NCBI GenBank assembly: GCA_025594325.1
Contig: JANHCV010000001.1
Coordinates: 62,001 to 126,000 of the forward strand
DNA: 64,000 nt
Source: Blastocladiella emersonii ATCC 22665
Taxonomy: Eukaryota; Fungi; Blastocladiomycota
Direction: 5' to 3'
The position numbers and the translations under genes were made by a program. The notes beneath the pieces are model-generated. The model searched no databases and had not been told where the DNA came from. It worked only from the letters and a program-made list of their open reading frames with translations. Shown here piece after piece: positions 44,715 through 56,065 of the stretch (its first letter is position 1; the number at the start of each line of letters is the position of its first letter).

Positions 44715-45743
44715 ATGATCATGCAGCGCGGACTTCCCGCAATGTATCGAGCCACCCATGTCATGCGCGGGCGAGCCGTTCCGGGGCCCCTCGCCTCGAT
44801 GGCATCGAGCCGTCTCAACGTGGCAAGCGCAGTGAACGCAACACCGGCCTGTGCGGGAGCTTTCGTCGCTCTCCTGCCCGGTTGCGTGCCCCGCACAACG
44901 TTCGCTCCGGCCCAGCGGCGCGCCATGTCGACGGGCCCGGCGGGCGGCCCGGGGTCTGAGGCGTCCCAGGTGGTGGTCCAAGCTCCCATGAAGGGCCCCT
45001 CCACGGCGCAAGACAAGCTTACGCGTGCGCGTTCGCTCGGTCGTCGCGCGATGCGTTACACGATCGGTGTGATCACGGCCTGTTCGTGCGAAGCCCGTCA
45101 ACCCGGCCTCCTCACCCACGGCAACGTGTAGCTGGCGCCGGTGTGTACGGCCTCTACTGGTTTACGACGTCGGTGACCGAGTTCTGGATGGGTGTGTATT
45201 TTTACAGTTTCATGGGAAGCTTGACGCTCAGGAAACCACTCACGCTACAGATTCGCGCGCGGGCGGGTAGGCTTCTCGCTGTTCGACATGGGCGAGATCG
45301 GGTTCTTCCTGGGTGGCATCTTCGTGACGCTCGTTTCCGCTGCCGGTGTGGCCGGTGTGCGACAGCTCGGGACGCGCTCAGTGGCGCGAGCGATGCGGGC
45401 GACTGCCAAGCGGCTCGAGTCGGACGCGACGCTGCGGCAGCGTATCGGGCCCTTCCGGGTGGGCGAGTTCCAGGCGGCCGCGCACGTCGGCGGGCTACAG
45501 CGCGGGACCGGGTGGCGCGGGCTGCCCGTGTACAAGTGGAGCGGGCCGCAACGTCTACAGCTGCTGTTCGCACTCGAGGGGGCGGCGGACCGGGCGGTAG
45601 TGTCGGCCGACATTTCGCGGCGGCTGCGCGGCGAGTACGTGTACCGGTCGCTGGTGGCGGACGTGGAGAAGACGGGCGAGCGGCTCGTGTACGAGGGCGA
45701 CGAGCGCTCGACCATCATGAAGGGCCTGTTGCGACTGCGGTGA
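44715..45743 (+). CDS. Mitochondrial inner-membrane protein, Tim21/Coa1-like fold
   Basis: Arg/Ala-rich presequence-like N-terminus and TM segments, then L..D..L.QRIG.PF...LLFALEG....VS......Y.YRSLVADV...RLVYEGDE; introns likely. Confidence 0.55.
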
Positions 45744-47078
45744 GCGGCGGCAGCAAGGGGGAGGATATGAAATACAGAAAGCAGAGACGTTTGTGACTGA
45801 TTTGCCTCGCTCGTGCCTTGCTCCTCAAGGACGCCGCGCGACCTGCCGCGCGACCTGCCGCGCGACCTGCCGCGCGACTGGTTCCGCCGACGCCGCGCCG
45901 CGCCACACGCGTGGTTGGTGCGGTCCGCGGAGGGACCCCATCACGTGTGGCGCAGCTGGCTATTTCCGGCGGTGCGGCGCGGGCGCGCCCCGTGACGGTC
46001 ACAGCCTCGTGTGCACCTCAGTCCGCTCCTCCGCCGCTCCTCCTCCTCTCCTCTTCACACTTCATTCAGGGATCCGGCGCTCCCCCGCTTCCTTTGTGTT
46101 CAAGACGAGCTGACCGAGCACTGCTCACGCCCGCACTCGCCGGCGCTCAACCACGACGCGCCCCTCCCCGGCCCGCCCCCTGCTCCCTGCACCCGCACCT
46201 CTCCCTGCCGCGTCTCGTCGCGTCTCGTCGCGTCTCGTCGCGCCTCGTCGCTACGGCCCGCCCAACACGGAATCCTCGGCAGCCCTGCTCTGGTGCGCAT
46301 CCTCTCGCTCGTTGTCCGTGTTCCTTTCCTCTCCCCCCACGGCAGGGTGCCGCTCCCGCTCCATCACCGGCATCATCACGACCCGCGCTCGCCGAGGCAG
46401 GGCGGACGGCGTGCAGCGCTCCATGTGGGCCCTGATGGCCTGCTGGCGCGCCGGCCTGTTCGGGCGCGACCTCCACCTGCCCTCGCCCTTCGCCTGCTTC
46501 GCCCCGGGTGCCCCTGCTCCTGCCGGGTATCGATGAAGTCCGCCCTGCGCTTCGGAAACGACCCGCCCCCACTGCGTCTGCGCGTGATTCCCAGCGCCCG
46601 TGGAGATGGACAGTGCACAGAACGTGGGGGAGAGGGCAAAACGTGTCGCGACGCTCGCTCTCTCATCGACCTGCCCGCCCTCGCCTTCGCGTGCGCGCTC
46701 GGCCACGCCCGACGCGTCTCCGTCGGCTGCCCGCCTGGCTGCCCGCCCGCCCGCCCTCCCTTCCTCCACCGCCTGGGCAAGCCGGCCAGCAAGCTTCCGC
46801 TTCCGCTTCCGGCCCCGCCCCGCCCCGCTGCTGATAGATAACCTTGCTCGTCGCGGACACCTCGGCTGCTGGCACCCACGTTCGCGCCCTGGTCCTCCCT
46901 TCACCCACTCCTGCCCCTGCCCCTGCCCCTGCCCGTGCCCTGCCCCCGCCCGCCCTCACAACTCCCGCTCTCCACCACGGAACGCTCTGCTGACCCTCGA
47001 TACAGTCTGCCCGCCCCTCCAGACTGCCCGCCCGCTTCCGCCACAGCGGCCTCCGGTCCCGCTGCCCCGCGCCGCACC

Positions 47079-49013
47079 ATGATGGCGTCTTCGCCGGCCA
47101 CGGCGCCGATTCCGCCCTCCCCCGCGCCCATGGCCCTCCCGCTCTCCACGTCGGCTCCCTCGTCGCCGCACGTCGGCCTCGGTGCAACTGCCGCTGCGCG
47201 CCGCCGCCCCGGCGGCTTTCTTGCCTCGCTGCCGCGCCCCGGCGGCTCCTCGTCGTCATCGTCGTCGTCGGCGAGCAACCTGAGCCCGCCCGCGAGTCCG
47301 CCGGGGTCTCCTGGCCTCGCCGCGTCGGCCACCTCACTTTCGGCATCGGCCTCCTCCTCCTCCAACCCTGCCCCCGTCTCGCGCAGGTTCGCCTTCTCCA
47401 ACCTGCTCAAGCGCCGCGCCTCCACAGCCACGGGCCGCCCTGCCACGGCCGGCCAGCTGCCCTCGGGCCCCGTTTCGGCCTCCATGCCGCAGCTCGACGG
47501 GCCCCCGCCCGTGCCCGCTCTCCCCGAGCACTACGCCGTGGACGCACCAGCGGCCGCGTTCGCATCCGGCACCATGCCCACCGACGACTCGGTCCTCTCG
47601 TCGCGCCGCCGCACCGTCTCCTTCCACGGCATGTACGCCGCCCGTGCCGTGGCCGCCGCCTCGGGCTCGCAGCTCGGCACGGGCGACGCCGAGACGGGCG
47701 ACGTGTACTCGAACCATGTCGAGGACTACGTGCTCGGCGAGACCATTGGTATCGGCGCCTCGGCCCACGTCGTCGCCGCCACGTACCTCCCGACCCAGCG
47801 CCAGCTCGCCGTCAAGGTGGTCGACCTCGACCGCTTCGAGCGGTGCCAGATCGAGGAGCTGCGCAAGGAGATCCAGGTCATGTCCCTGTGCCGCCACCCG
47901 CACTTGCTGCCCATCTACCGCTCCTTTGTCACCGACAACCACCTGCACATTGTCACGCCGCTGCGCACCGCCGGCGCCGTCAACCACCTGCTCAAGACCC
48001 AGTTCCCGCACGGCCTGCCCGAGCCCGCCATTGCCGCCATCCTCGCCCAGATCCTCCAGGGCATCCACTACCTGCACCGCAACAACCTCATCCACCGCGA
48101 CATCAAGGGCGGCAACGTGCTGCTCGACCGCGAGACGGGGCTCGCCCAGCTCGGTGACTTTGGCGTCTCGAGCTCCCTGTGCGAGGGCGTGCACCGCACC
48201 TCGCGCAAGTCCTTTGTCGGCTCCCTGTTGTGGATGGCGCCCGAGATCATGCAGCAGACGTCCAGCTACGATCACAAGGCCGATTTATGGTCGCTCGGCA
48301 TCACCTGCCTCGAGATGGCCCAGGGGCTCGCCCCCTACGCCGAGTACCCGCCGCTCAAAGTGTGTCTCCTAGTGCTCAACAACAACCCGCCCACCCTCGA
48401 CCGCTCCGCGTCGCACTACAAGTACTCGCGCGCCTTCAAAGACCTGATCGACGCCTGCCTCATGCGCAACCCGGCCCTCCGCCCCGACGCCGCCAAGCTG
48501 CTGCAGCTCCCCTTCGTGAAAAAGGCCAAGAAGCCGCTCTCGCTCGTCAAGACGCTCGACCTCGCCTCGCTGCCGCCCCTCACGGCCACCTCGCGCACCC
48601 CGGTCGCCGACCTGCTCGCCACCGAGACCTCGTGGGACTTCAGCCTGACCAAGTCGGGCTCGACGGACCTGCACCCGCACTACCACCATCATTACGATCA
48701 GGCCCAGGACGACGAGGGCGCCGTCGATGCCGACCCGCTCTTCCTGCCCGCGCCCGATCCGCTGCATCGCGTATCGTGGGCAGCCGACAACGGGGCCGCG
48801 GGAGGCGACAGCGGGGTGGGCAGTGGCAGTAGCAGCGACGAGGGCTCGCCCGCAGGAACCGAGACGCGCAGGATACCTGAGGCGGCCGCACTACCGCCGA
48901 TGCCGCCGATGCCACCATCTCCGACCCCGGCCTTGCGCGCCGCGCCAGGAGGAGCGGCGGCAGGCGCAGCACGGTCGCGCGCCAACTCGGTCATGGAGAT
49001 CTTCTCGACATAG
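47079..49013 (+). CDS. STE20-family Ser/Thr kinase (OSR1/SPAK/Fray-like)
   Basis: IGIGASAHV, AVKVVDLD, ELRKEIQVMSLCRHP, HRDIKGGNVLL, DFGVS, FVGSLLWMAPE; single open frame. Confidence 0.9.
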   Translation: MMASSPATAPIPPSPAPMALPLSTSAPSSPHVGLGATAAARRRPGGFLASLPRPGGSSSSSSSSASNLSPPASPPGSPGLAASATSLSASASSSSNPAPVSRRFAFSNLLKRRASTATGRPATAGQLPSGPVSASMPQLDGPPPVPALPEHYAVDAPAAAFASGTMPTDDSVLSSRRRTVSFHGMYAARAVAAASGSQLGTGDAETGDVYSNHVEDYVLGETIGIGASAHVVAATYLPTQRQLAVKVVDLDRFERCQIEELRKEIQVMSLCRHPHLLPIYRSFVTDNHLHIVTPLRTAGAVNHLLKTQFPHGLPEPAIAAILAQILQGIHYLHRNNLIHRDIKGGNVLLDRETGLAQLGDFGVSSSLCEGVHRTSRKSFVGSLLWMAPEIMQQTSSYDHKADLWSLGITCLEMAQGLAPYAEYPPLKVCLLVLNNNPPTLDRSASHYKYSRAFKDLIDACLMRNPALRPDAAKLLQLPFVKKAKKPLSLVKTLDLASLPPLTATSRTPVADLLATETSWDFSLTKSGSTDLHPHYHHHYDQAQDDEGAVDADPLFLPAPDPLHRVSWAADNGAAGGDSGVGSGSSSDEGSPAGTETRRIPEAAALPPMPPMPPSPTPALRAAPGGAAAGAARSRANSVMEIFST

Positions 49014-49231
49014 CCTCGCAGCCCGACCAGCTTCCTCTTCGTCCTCTTCACCTGTCACTACACAACCCATTTCTCCTTTCCTTTGTCCCCTCGCGTCTGC
49101 TGGTCGGACTCGCCTCCCCGTTCGCTCAAAACGGTCTGATATAACTCGATAATGCACGTTCATTCATTGACACCCACCCCTTTGGTCTCGCGCTCTCGGT
49201 CTCAGGCTCGGTCTCGGTCTCGCTAACTCGT

Positions 49232-50437
49232 TCAAGGCTGGAAGGCGCCCTGGTAGTGCACGCGGAGAAGGTCGCCAACGACGCCAAAGGCCGTGACGGC
49301 ATCTCCGGCGCCGGCGCCCTGAATGACGAGGCCGCGCGGGAACCGCGCCGTGGTGATGCGGACCACGTTGTCGGCGCCGCGCAGGCCCGCAAACGGGTGA
49401 TCGGCTGCGCACTCGACGAGTTCGACCGACGCGGACCCGGTACGCACGTCGACCTTGCCGACGTACCGCAGGACGGCGCCGCGGGCGCGGGCCGCCTCGT
49501 TCTTGGCGGCCAGCGCCGCATCGTACTGCGGGAGGGCAGCGAGGAAGGCGGCGGCATCGGGGACCACGCGCAGGGGCTCCGGGACAATGTTGTGGACGGG
49601 CACGTCGGCGAGCGACAGCGCAAGCCCCGCGGCCCGGGCGAGGATGACGACCTTGCGCGCCACGTCGAGACCGTTGAGGTCGTCGCGCGGATCCGGTTCC
49701 TACGAAATTGTTAAGCGCGCGCGGTCAGGCTCGAAGTGGCGGTGTGCTTGGTCGGCCGCGCCGCGTGGGGCGATAGAGGGTCGTACCGTGTACCCGAGGG
49801 CCTTGGCCTGCTCGACAATGGCGGAAAAGGCGAGCGGCGGGTTGGGCGCGTCACCGAGAGGCGAGTACTCGTTGAAGAGGTACGACAGGGTGCCGGAGAG
49901 CACGCCCTCGATGGCAAGCACCTCGTCCCCCGTGGCCACGAGGTCGGCGATGGTAGAGAGCAGCGGCAGGCCGGCGCCGACCGTCGACTCGTGGTAGACG
50001 AGTCCGGCGCGGGCGTCGGTGCTCTCGCCCGTCGGCTCGCGCGCCGCGGCGCGAATGGCGCGGACGTGGGCCAGGTCGCCGCTGAAGCCCTTCTTGTTGG
50101 GGGTCACGACGTGGATCCCGGCGGCCAGCCAGCGCGGGTAGTGGGCGGCGACTGCGTCGTGCGCGGTGCAGTCGACCATGGCCGGGTTTGCGTGGGCGGC
50201 AAGGTGCGCCTCGAGGGCGGGAAGCGATACGGGGACCGCGGCCGGGTGCGAGGCCAGGTCGGCCGAGGCCAGGGCCGCGGCGAGGTTGGCGGCAGCGTCG
50301 CCCACGGGCGTCAGCACCATGGACTTTGAGTTGGCCACGGCGACGACGCGGAACTTGCGCGGGAGCGCGGCGAGCTGCGCGAGGACGGCCTTGCCGACAA
50401 GGCCGGGGCCGATCAGGGCAACGTGGGTCGATGGCAT
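49232..50437 (-). CDS. HOM6: Homoserine dehydrogenase (stand-alone, fungal type)
   Basis: ALIGPGLVG, HVVTPNKKG, ESTVGAGLP, EGVLSGTLSY, intron, EPDPRDDLNGLDVARK, GAGAGDAVTA. Confidence 0.95.
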
Positions 50438-51377
50438 GGCGGTGATACGTGTGTGCGGTGAGCGAGGTCGGCGGGACGGGGGGAAGGGAGGAGAGGGAAG
50501 AGGCAGAGGCGAGGTCGTGCGAACGAACGAACGAACGAACGAACGGGCTGGGGCCGGCGCATCACGCGTCGCGACGAGTCACTATCGTCGTCTATCTCTA
50601 TCCATCACGCTCGCGCACGAAGCGACTGCGTCTTGGTCGTCGTCGGCCACTAAATACCGAGACCGGCGACGGCGCGACGGCACGTCGGTCAACGCCCACG
50701 TCTCTGCCAGCCCCGCCTCGGCCTCAGCCTTGGCAACGCTTGCAAAGCGCAGGGACCCCCAGCCAGCGCAGCGCAGCGCGGCATCCGCGGGACCAGCTCC
50801 ATTCACCGCTCGTGCCCCCACGATCGAGCGCGCGCATCGGCGGCCCTGCGAACCGGAGGGGAGCCATCGGCAGGGACGAGCAGAAGCCGCCCGGCTTCGC
50901 CAGTTTCCTGCTGAGCTGGAGCTTGGAAAGACGCGGCAGGTGCGCCCGCCTCGGCCGCTGCAGTCTCGGGGAGGGAGGTGGGCAGGCGGAAGCAGGCTCG
51001 GCGGCGATCGGGCGGGCAGGGCTGGAACGGAGGGAGAGCGGAGGTGAGAGCCTGGGAGAGAGCAAAAGCGTGGGAGCCGCTGCGAGTGGCTCAGCTCGCG
51101 CCGCGCCACGTTCTCACGCGGCGATGGGCCCGACGGCGACGCGTCGCGCTAGCCTGCTCCGCCGCGACGGACCCCTCGGCGCACTCGCCGCCTCCCCTCC
51201 CTCCCTCCCTCCCTCCCTCCCCCTCCCCCTCCCCCCTCCCTCTCTCTCCCGCCCGCCGGCACTCGGATCCCGCTCCCTCTCTCGCTCGCTCTTCATCTGC
51301 CCGCCCTGCTCTTTGCTCGACGTTGCGACCCGCTTCCTCCTTCCCTCCCTCATCAAGCTCCCGATCAACTCGCCGCC

Positions 51378-52486
51378 ATGTGCGACTACTATTCGGCTCC
51401 TCCGGCTCCCGCCGCCCGCGCCCGCACGGGCACCCGCCCCGCCATCCGCCCGCTCGCGCTCGCCGTGGCCACGGCCCTGGTGGCCGCGGCCGTGATGCTG
51501 GCGTCGGCGCCGGGCGTGCGCGCGTGGGGCGACGAGGGCCATCGCGCAGTGGCGTCGATCGCCTACTCGCGCCTGTCCCCGCGCGCTCGCGTGCGCGTCG
51601 ACGCGCTCCTGGCCGCCCACCCGTTCAAGGACATTGAGGTGCGCGCGAGCGAGCCTTGCCCGCCAGCCCGTCCGGTGACGGCCTCACTGATGACCGCGCG
51701 ACCCGCCGTCTAGTCGGCGGCCGTGTGGCCCGACGGCGCCGTGAAGCGGTCCCGGCCGGACACGGCGCAGTGGCACTACGTCAACGGGTACGCTGCTGCA
51801 AAGCGACGGCCGGCGTCGCGAGCGGTACTGGATGCTGACCACCGCGTGCCGCGTCTAGGCACGACAAGCCGCTGTCGGGCAAGTGCGAGTTCCGGTACCC
51901 GCGCGACTGCCGGGACGGCGTGTGCGCGCTGACGGCGGTCGGGCACGCGGTGGCGACGCTGCGGCTGTGGGTCACTTCGCCCGAGCGCGTGCCGCCGGCG
52001 CTGGCGGCCGAGGCGCTGGCCTTCGCGGTGCACATTGTCGGCGACCTGGCGCAGCCTCTGCACGCGTCTGGCTTCGCGCGCGGCGGCAACGACGTGCCCG
52101 TGACCTTCGCCGGGCACCCGACCAACCTGCACGCCGTGTGGGACTTTTCGCTGCTGCGCAAGACGGTCGCGGCCGACTTTGGCGGGTCGTGGCCGGCGTG
52201 GCTCGCGCAGCTCGTGGGCGGCGCCGCCGTCTCGACCCTCGACACGGGCGACGTGGCCTGCGCCGCCACGGTCGCGGCCGACGACGCGCGTGCCGTGGCC
52301 GCGTGCGCCGCGCGCTGGGCCAAGCAGGCGAACCGTATCGTGTGCCGCGACGTGTTCCCCGCGGGCTTTGCGCCGGGCGCCGAGACGAGCGGCGCCTACT
52401 GGGCCGCCACCAAGGCCGTGGTCCACGACCAGCTCGTGCGCGGCGGCCTGCGCCTTGCCGCCATGCTCAACCAGGCGCTCGAGTGA
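51378..52486 (+). CDS. S1/P1 nuclease with signal/anchor sequence
   Basis: WGDEGH after a hydrophobic leader, W.D, WHYVN, FAVHIVGDLAQPLH, GGN, NLHAVWD, GLRLA; two introns. Confidence 0.93.
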
Positions 52487-53004
52487 GCCCGGGCACCAGC
52501 ACCGGCGCCGTGCTGCGTTGCGTTGCGTGTTGTCCGCTATTGCATTCCCGCCCCCCTTCTCCCGTCTCTTGCATCCTCTCCCTCTTGTCCTCCATCCATC
52601 GCGCCCGTCCACGACCCCCGCTCGCGCTGTCCGCCCTGCTGTTGGGGCCGCCGCAGTTCGATATGTATCACACGTGTAACATTACATTCATTGTCGCGGT
52701 GTGCGTCGCGGGCCACCAACTCGCCTGGGAGAAGTGCAAGTCGGCGACGGCGGGATGGCGATGGCGGCCAAGCAGGCGGCCAAGCCGAACCGGCGACGCG
52801 TCGCAGCAACACGTGGCGCCGCCGACCTCGCTCGCCGACCTCGCTCGAGAAGGCCGAGCCCGAGCTTCCCTCCTCCCGCTCTCCGCGCCATCGCCCCCTC
52901 CATGCAACGTAGCAATTGACATCGTCCACTACGACCCGCACGCCCGTGACGACGGACCCACCTCGTCCCCGCAACGAACTACACGACACCTCCCCGACCC
53001 TACC

Positions 53005-54197
53005 ATGTCCCTCCCGCGCTCCGACTCGAACCCGTCCATTATCGTCAGCACGGACGACGTACGCCCGCCGCCCTAGTCCCCACCGAGGGTGCAGCCCGCT
53101 GACGCCGGCCCCGGCCCCGGCACCTCGTGTAGCTGACGCTCGACGGCGGCGATGCCCATGGCAGCATCCAGTACCTGCAGCTGCCCCACAATCCCAAGAT
53201 GCACCTCATCTCGCCGCCCGGCTCGCCGCCCGTCGGCTGGGAGCAGGTTGCCGAAGACCACCCGAACCCGGACCCGCTCGCCGAGGACCTGCACGCCGAC
53301 GCCTTCGTCCTCAACTCCGCCACCGTCGCCGCCTCGGACGCTCGCCGCCGCAGCACCGGCCCCGCCGACGACCAGCGCCAGAGCGAGGCCCTCGTCTCGG
53401 CCGTGTCTGCCAAGCTCGCCCAGATGCTCTCCGCCTCGCCCGCCGCCACCTCGGACCTGCTGCCCTCGGGCGCCCCCGGCCCGCGCAACCACCCCGCCCA
53501 CCTCCTCAAGCTGCGCACCGACAGCGTCGGCCGCGCCGTCGCCTCGGCCGTGTCTCCGGCCTCGGCCGTCCGCCACCTGCTCGACGACCCGCTCGATGCG
53601 CCCGCAACGCTCCCCGGCTCGCCCGTCGCCCTCGCCCTCGGCTCGCCCATGCTGCGCACCGCGACCCCCGCCGCCCACGAAATGTGGCTCGACGCCGGGC
53701 TCCTCGGCACCTCGCCCACGGCCGGCCGCACGGGCTCTCCCGGCCTGATGGCTGACCCCGATGCGAGCAGCGACCTCGACGACGACGCGGGTGCCATCCA
53801 CGAGGACTCTGCGCCCGCCGTCACCATCATTGTACCCGGTATCAGCGACCGCCCCGCCCGCCACCACACGCTCGCCGCCGCCTCCTCGGGCTCCTTGTCG
53901 TCGCTGCTCGGCGAGGATGGCGCCGGCGCTGGCGCAGGGACCGCGGCCGCAGCCGCCGATGGATCGCCGACGGCGCTCTCCACTTCGCCTGCCGCTGCCC
54001 TCGACGTGCCCGTCATCGTCGTCCAGGACCACAGCCCATCTGCGCGCCCGGGCGCGCGCAGCAGCGGCCCCGCGCGCGGCATGTCGCTCCCCGTCCCGGG
54101 CGCGCGCGCCGTCATGCCCGTGCCGCTTCCGCGTAGCTCGGTGCTGACGCGTACCTCGCCCATCCCGCAGACCCGCATGCCACCACCGCTCGCCTGA
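53005..54197 (+). CDS. Calcipressin/RCAN-family calcineurin regulator
   Basis: YLQLP..KMHLISPPGSPPVGWEQ..E..PN SP-repeat motif; PVIVVQ PxIxIT-like motif; one intron near the 5' end. Confidence 0.85.
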
Positions 54198-54373
54198 TTC
54201 CGCCGAGTCCAGGCGCCCTGGTCGCCCGCTCCCCTCCATTGATTCGCTCCTCTCCATTGATTGATGTACATTTTTCCGGATCACCAGGAGTTGAATGATG
54301 ATCAGAAGTTGAAGCGCGCCAGGCCAATGTGTATGATATACGCCTCAGATTTTGCGCATTCCTTGACCTCGAC

Positions 54374-55743
54374 TCAGAACCCGTACTTGGTTGCCGCCGC
54401 CCGCTTCTTGGCCTTGTTGGCCGCGAACATACTCTCAAGCTCGGCCTTGTTGGCCGAGGCCTTCTTGGCCAGGGAGACGATGCTGTGCTTGGTCCGCGCC
54501 GATATCGCTTGGTTGATGGGCTACCATTTCGTGCAACCGCGTTAGCCGCTTTCTCTGCCCGCTGGCTCGCATTCGGCAGCAGTACACGGCCGTACCTTCG
54601 GCGCGACAGTACGCCGGACCTCGGCCAGCCGCTCCAGGTCCTCGGTCGCAAGTGCGTCCCGCACGCTCACGTTGTGCACTGCGACTGCTGACGCGCCGTG
54701 ACCCATGGCTTTGCGCGAGATACCAAGCTTCCGTAGCTACACGTCCACGCGCGAGTAAGCAAGCGAACGCTTGAGTCAGTTGTGAAACGGGGCGGGCGAG
54801 GCCGCTGACGACGACCAGGACGTACTTCGCGAGGATCCACGTTGAGTTCGTCAGCAAGCGTCTCGAGGTCGCTGGCCCCGCGTGCATCGCCCGTGTGTGC
54901 CGGCGATGCAGCAATCACCGCCGATGACGAGGAAGAGGAATTGTAAGCTTGGTAGGCATACTGCTGGGACGGGTGTGCGGCAAAGGGAGCTGCTGCGAGG
55001 GGCGACCGCTCTTCTTGGCGCATGGGCTCAGGAGCCGGCTCTTCGGGCGATACAGAAGGTAACGAAGGACCAACCATCGGCTCATCATCGCCTACACGGC
55101 AGGGAGGGGACGTTAGTGCGTGAAGAACGGGGGAGGCGAGAACGACAGGCATACCAAACGAGAAGAGCGAAAGCGGCGCCGCCGTCGTCGTCGGGAGGGC
55201 AGGTGAAACAACGGCCGGAACAGGTTTGGTATGCGCTGCAGTCGGTTTGAGAGACGAGTCCAGCTTGATGACTTTGCGAGCGGGAGCAGCAGCAGCTCGA
55301 GTCGCGGAGACCGATTCGGGAGTGCAGGAAGGCGGCTGTGTAGGCGGGAAAGCGTGGGCTGAAGGTGCCGATGAGCCAGGAGTAGCGGCTGGTAGAGCCT
55401 TGGGCTTCGGGAGTATGGAAAAGAGTCCGGCGACACTGCCTGACGGCCTCGATGCAGAAGGTGCATCGTCATGCGCAAGATTTGACGAGGTGTCCGAATC
55501 AAGGCCAAGTTCCGCTTTGGTTACCACGACCTGCACCCGTCCGGTCGTTTGGGAGGTGGGATGCTGGTCACGGTGGGAGGCAGCTGTACGCTGTCGCTTG
55601 GGGCTAGGCGATTGACCAGAGCGGCCGACGGTCGGTCCAGGTCGTTTCGCCGGAGCGGGAATGGGCGAGCGCGGAGGCGAGGAGGTATCGTCGTCATCCG
55701 ACGACGAATCGTAGTGGACGAGGCCTCGACGCGGCAACGACAT
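54374..55743 (-). CDS. PRCC: PRCC-like proline-rich protein
   Basis: N-terminal LVHYDSSSDDD, GLFSILPKPK, and C-terminal KHSIVSLA..ELE..A.NK.......KYGF stop; introns. Confidence 0.8.
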
Positions 55744-56065
55744 GGTCAAAGGGCAAGGGCGACCGAAACCACACGATAGAAGCAAGATATTGATAGTTTC
55801 AAAGCTGTTGCAGCTGGTTGTGATACATGGAAGTGGGTGTGTTGAGAGACCGGACGACGGGAGGGAGAGGTGGCCGTTAGTCGGCCGGCCAGGTGGTCGC
55901 TGGGCTCTGGCGGCCGCTCGCACGCGTGGGACGCGTCTCCGCTTCGCCCTTCTCTCTCTCCTCCCTGGAGGCTATTACCACCACAGTATCCCATGTAACG
56001 AGTTCATGCAACTGAATCACGCATATTGAGCAACGCAGAGAGTCGCTGCTCCACGGCTCGCTACC

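Noticed and set aside
37630-50545. Short tandem repeats (GCGGGCA x4-5 at ~37630, GCCGCGCGACCT x3-4 at ~45835, CGTCTCGTCG x4 at ~46210, AACG x5 at ~50520)
   Set aside because: Ordinary slippage repeats in introns or promoters; nothing suggests function.
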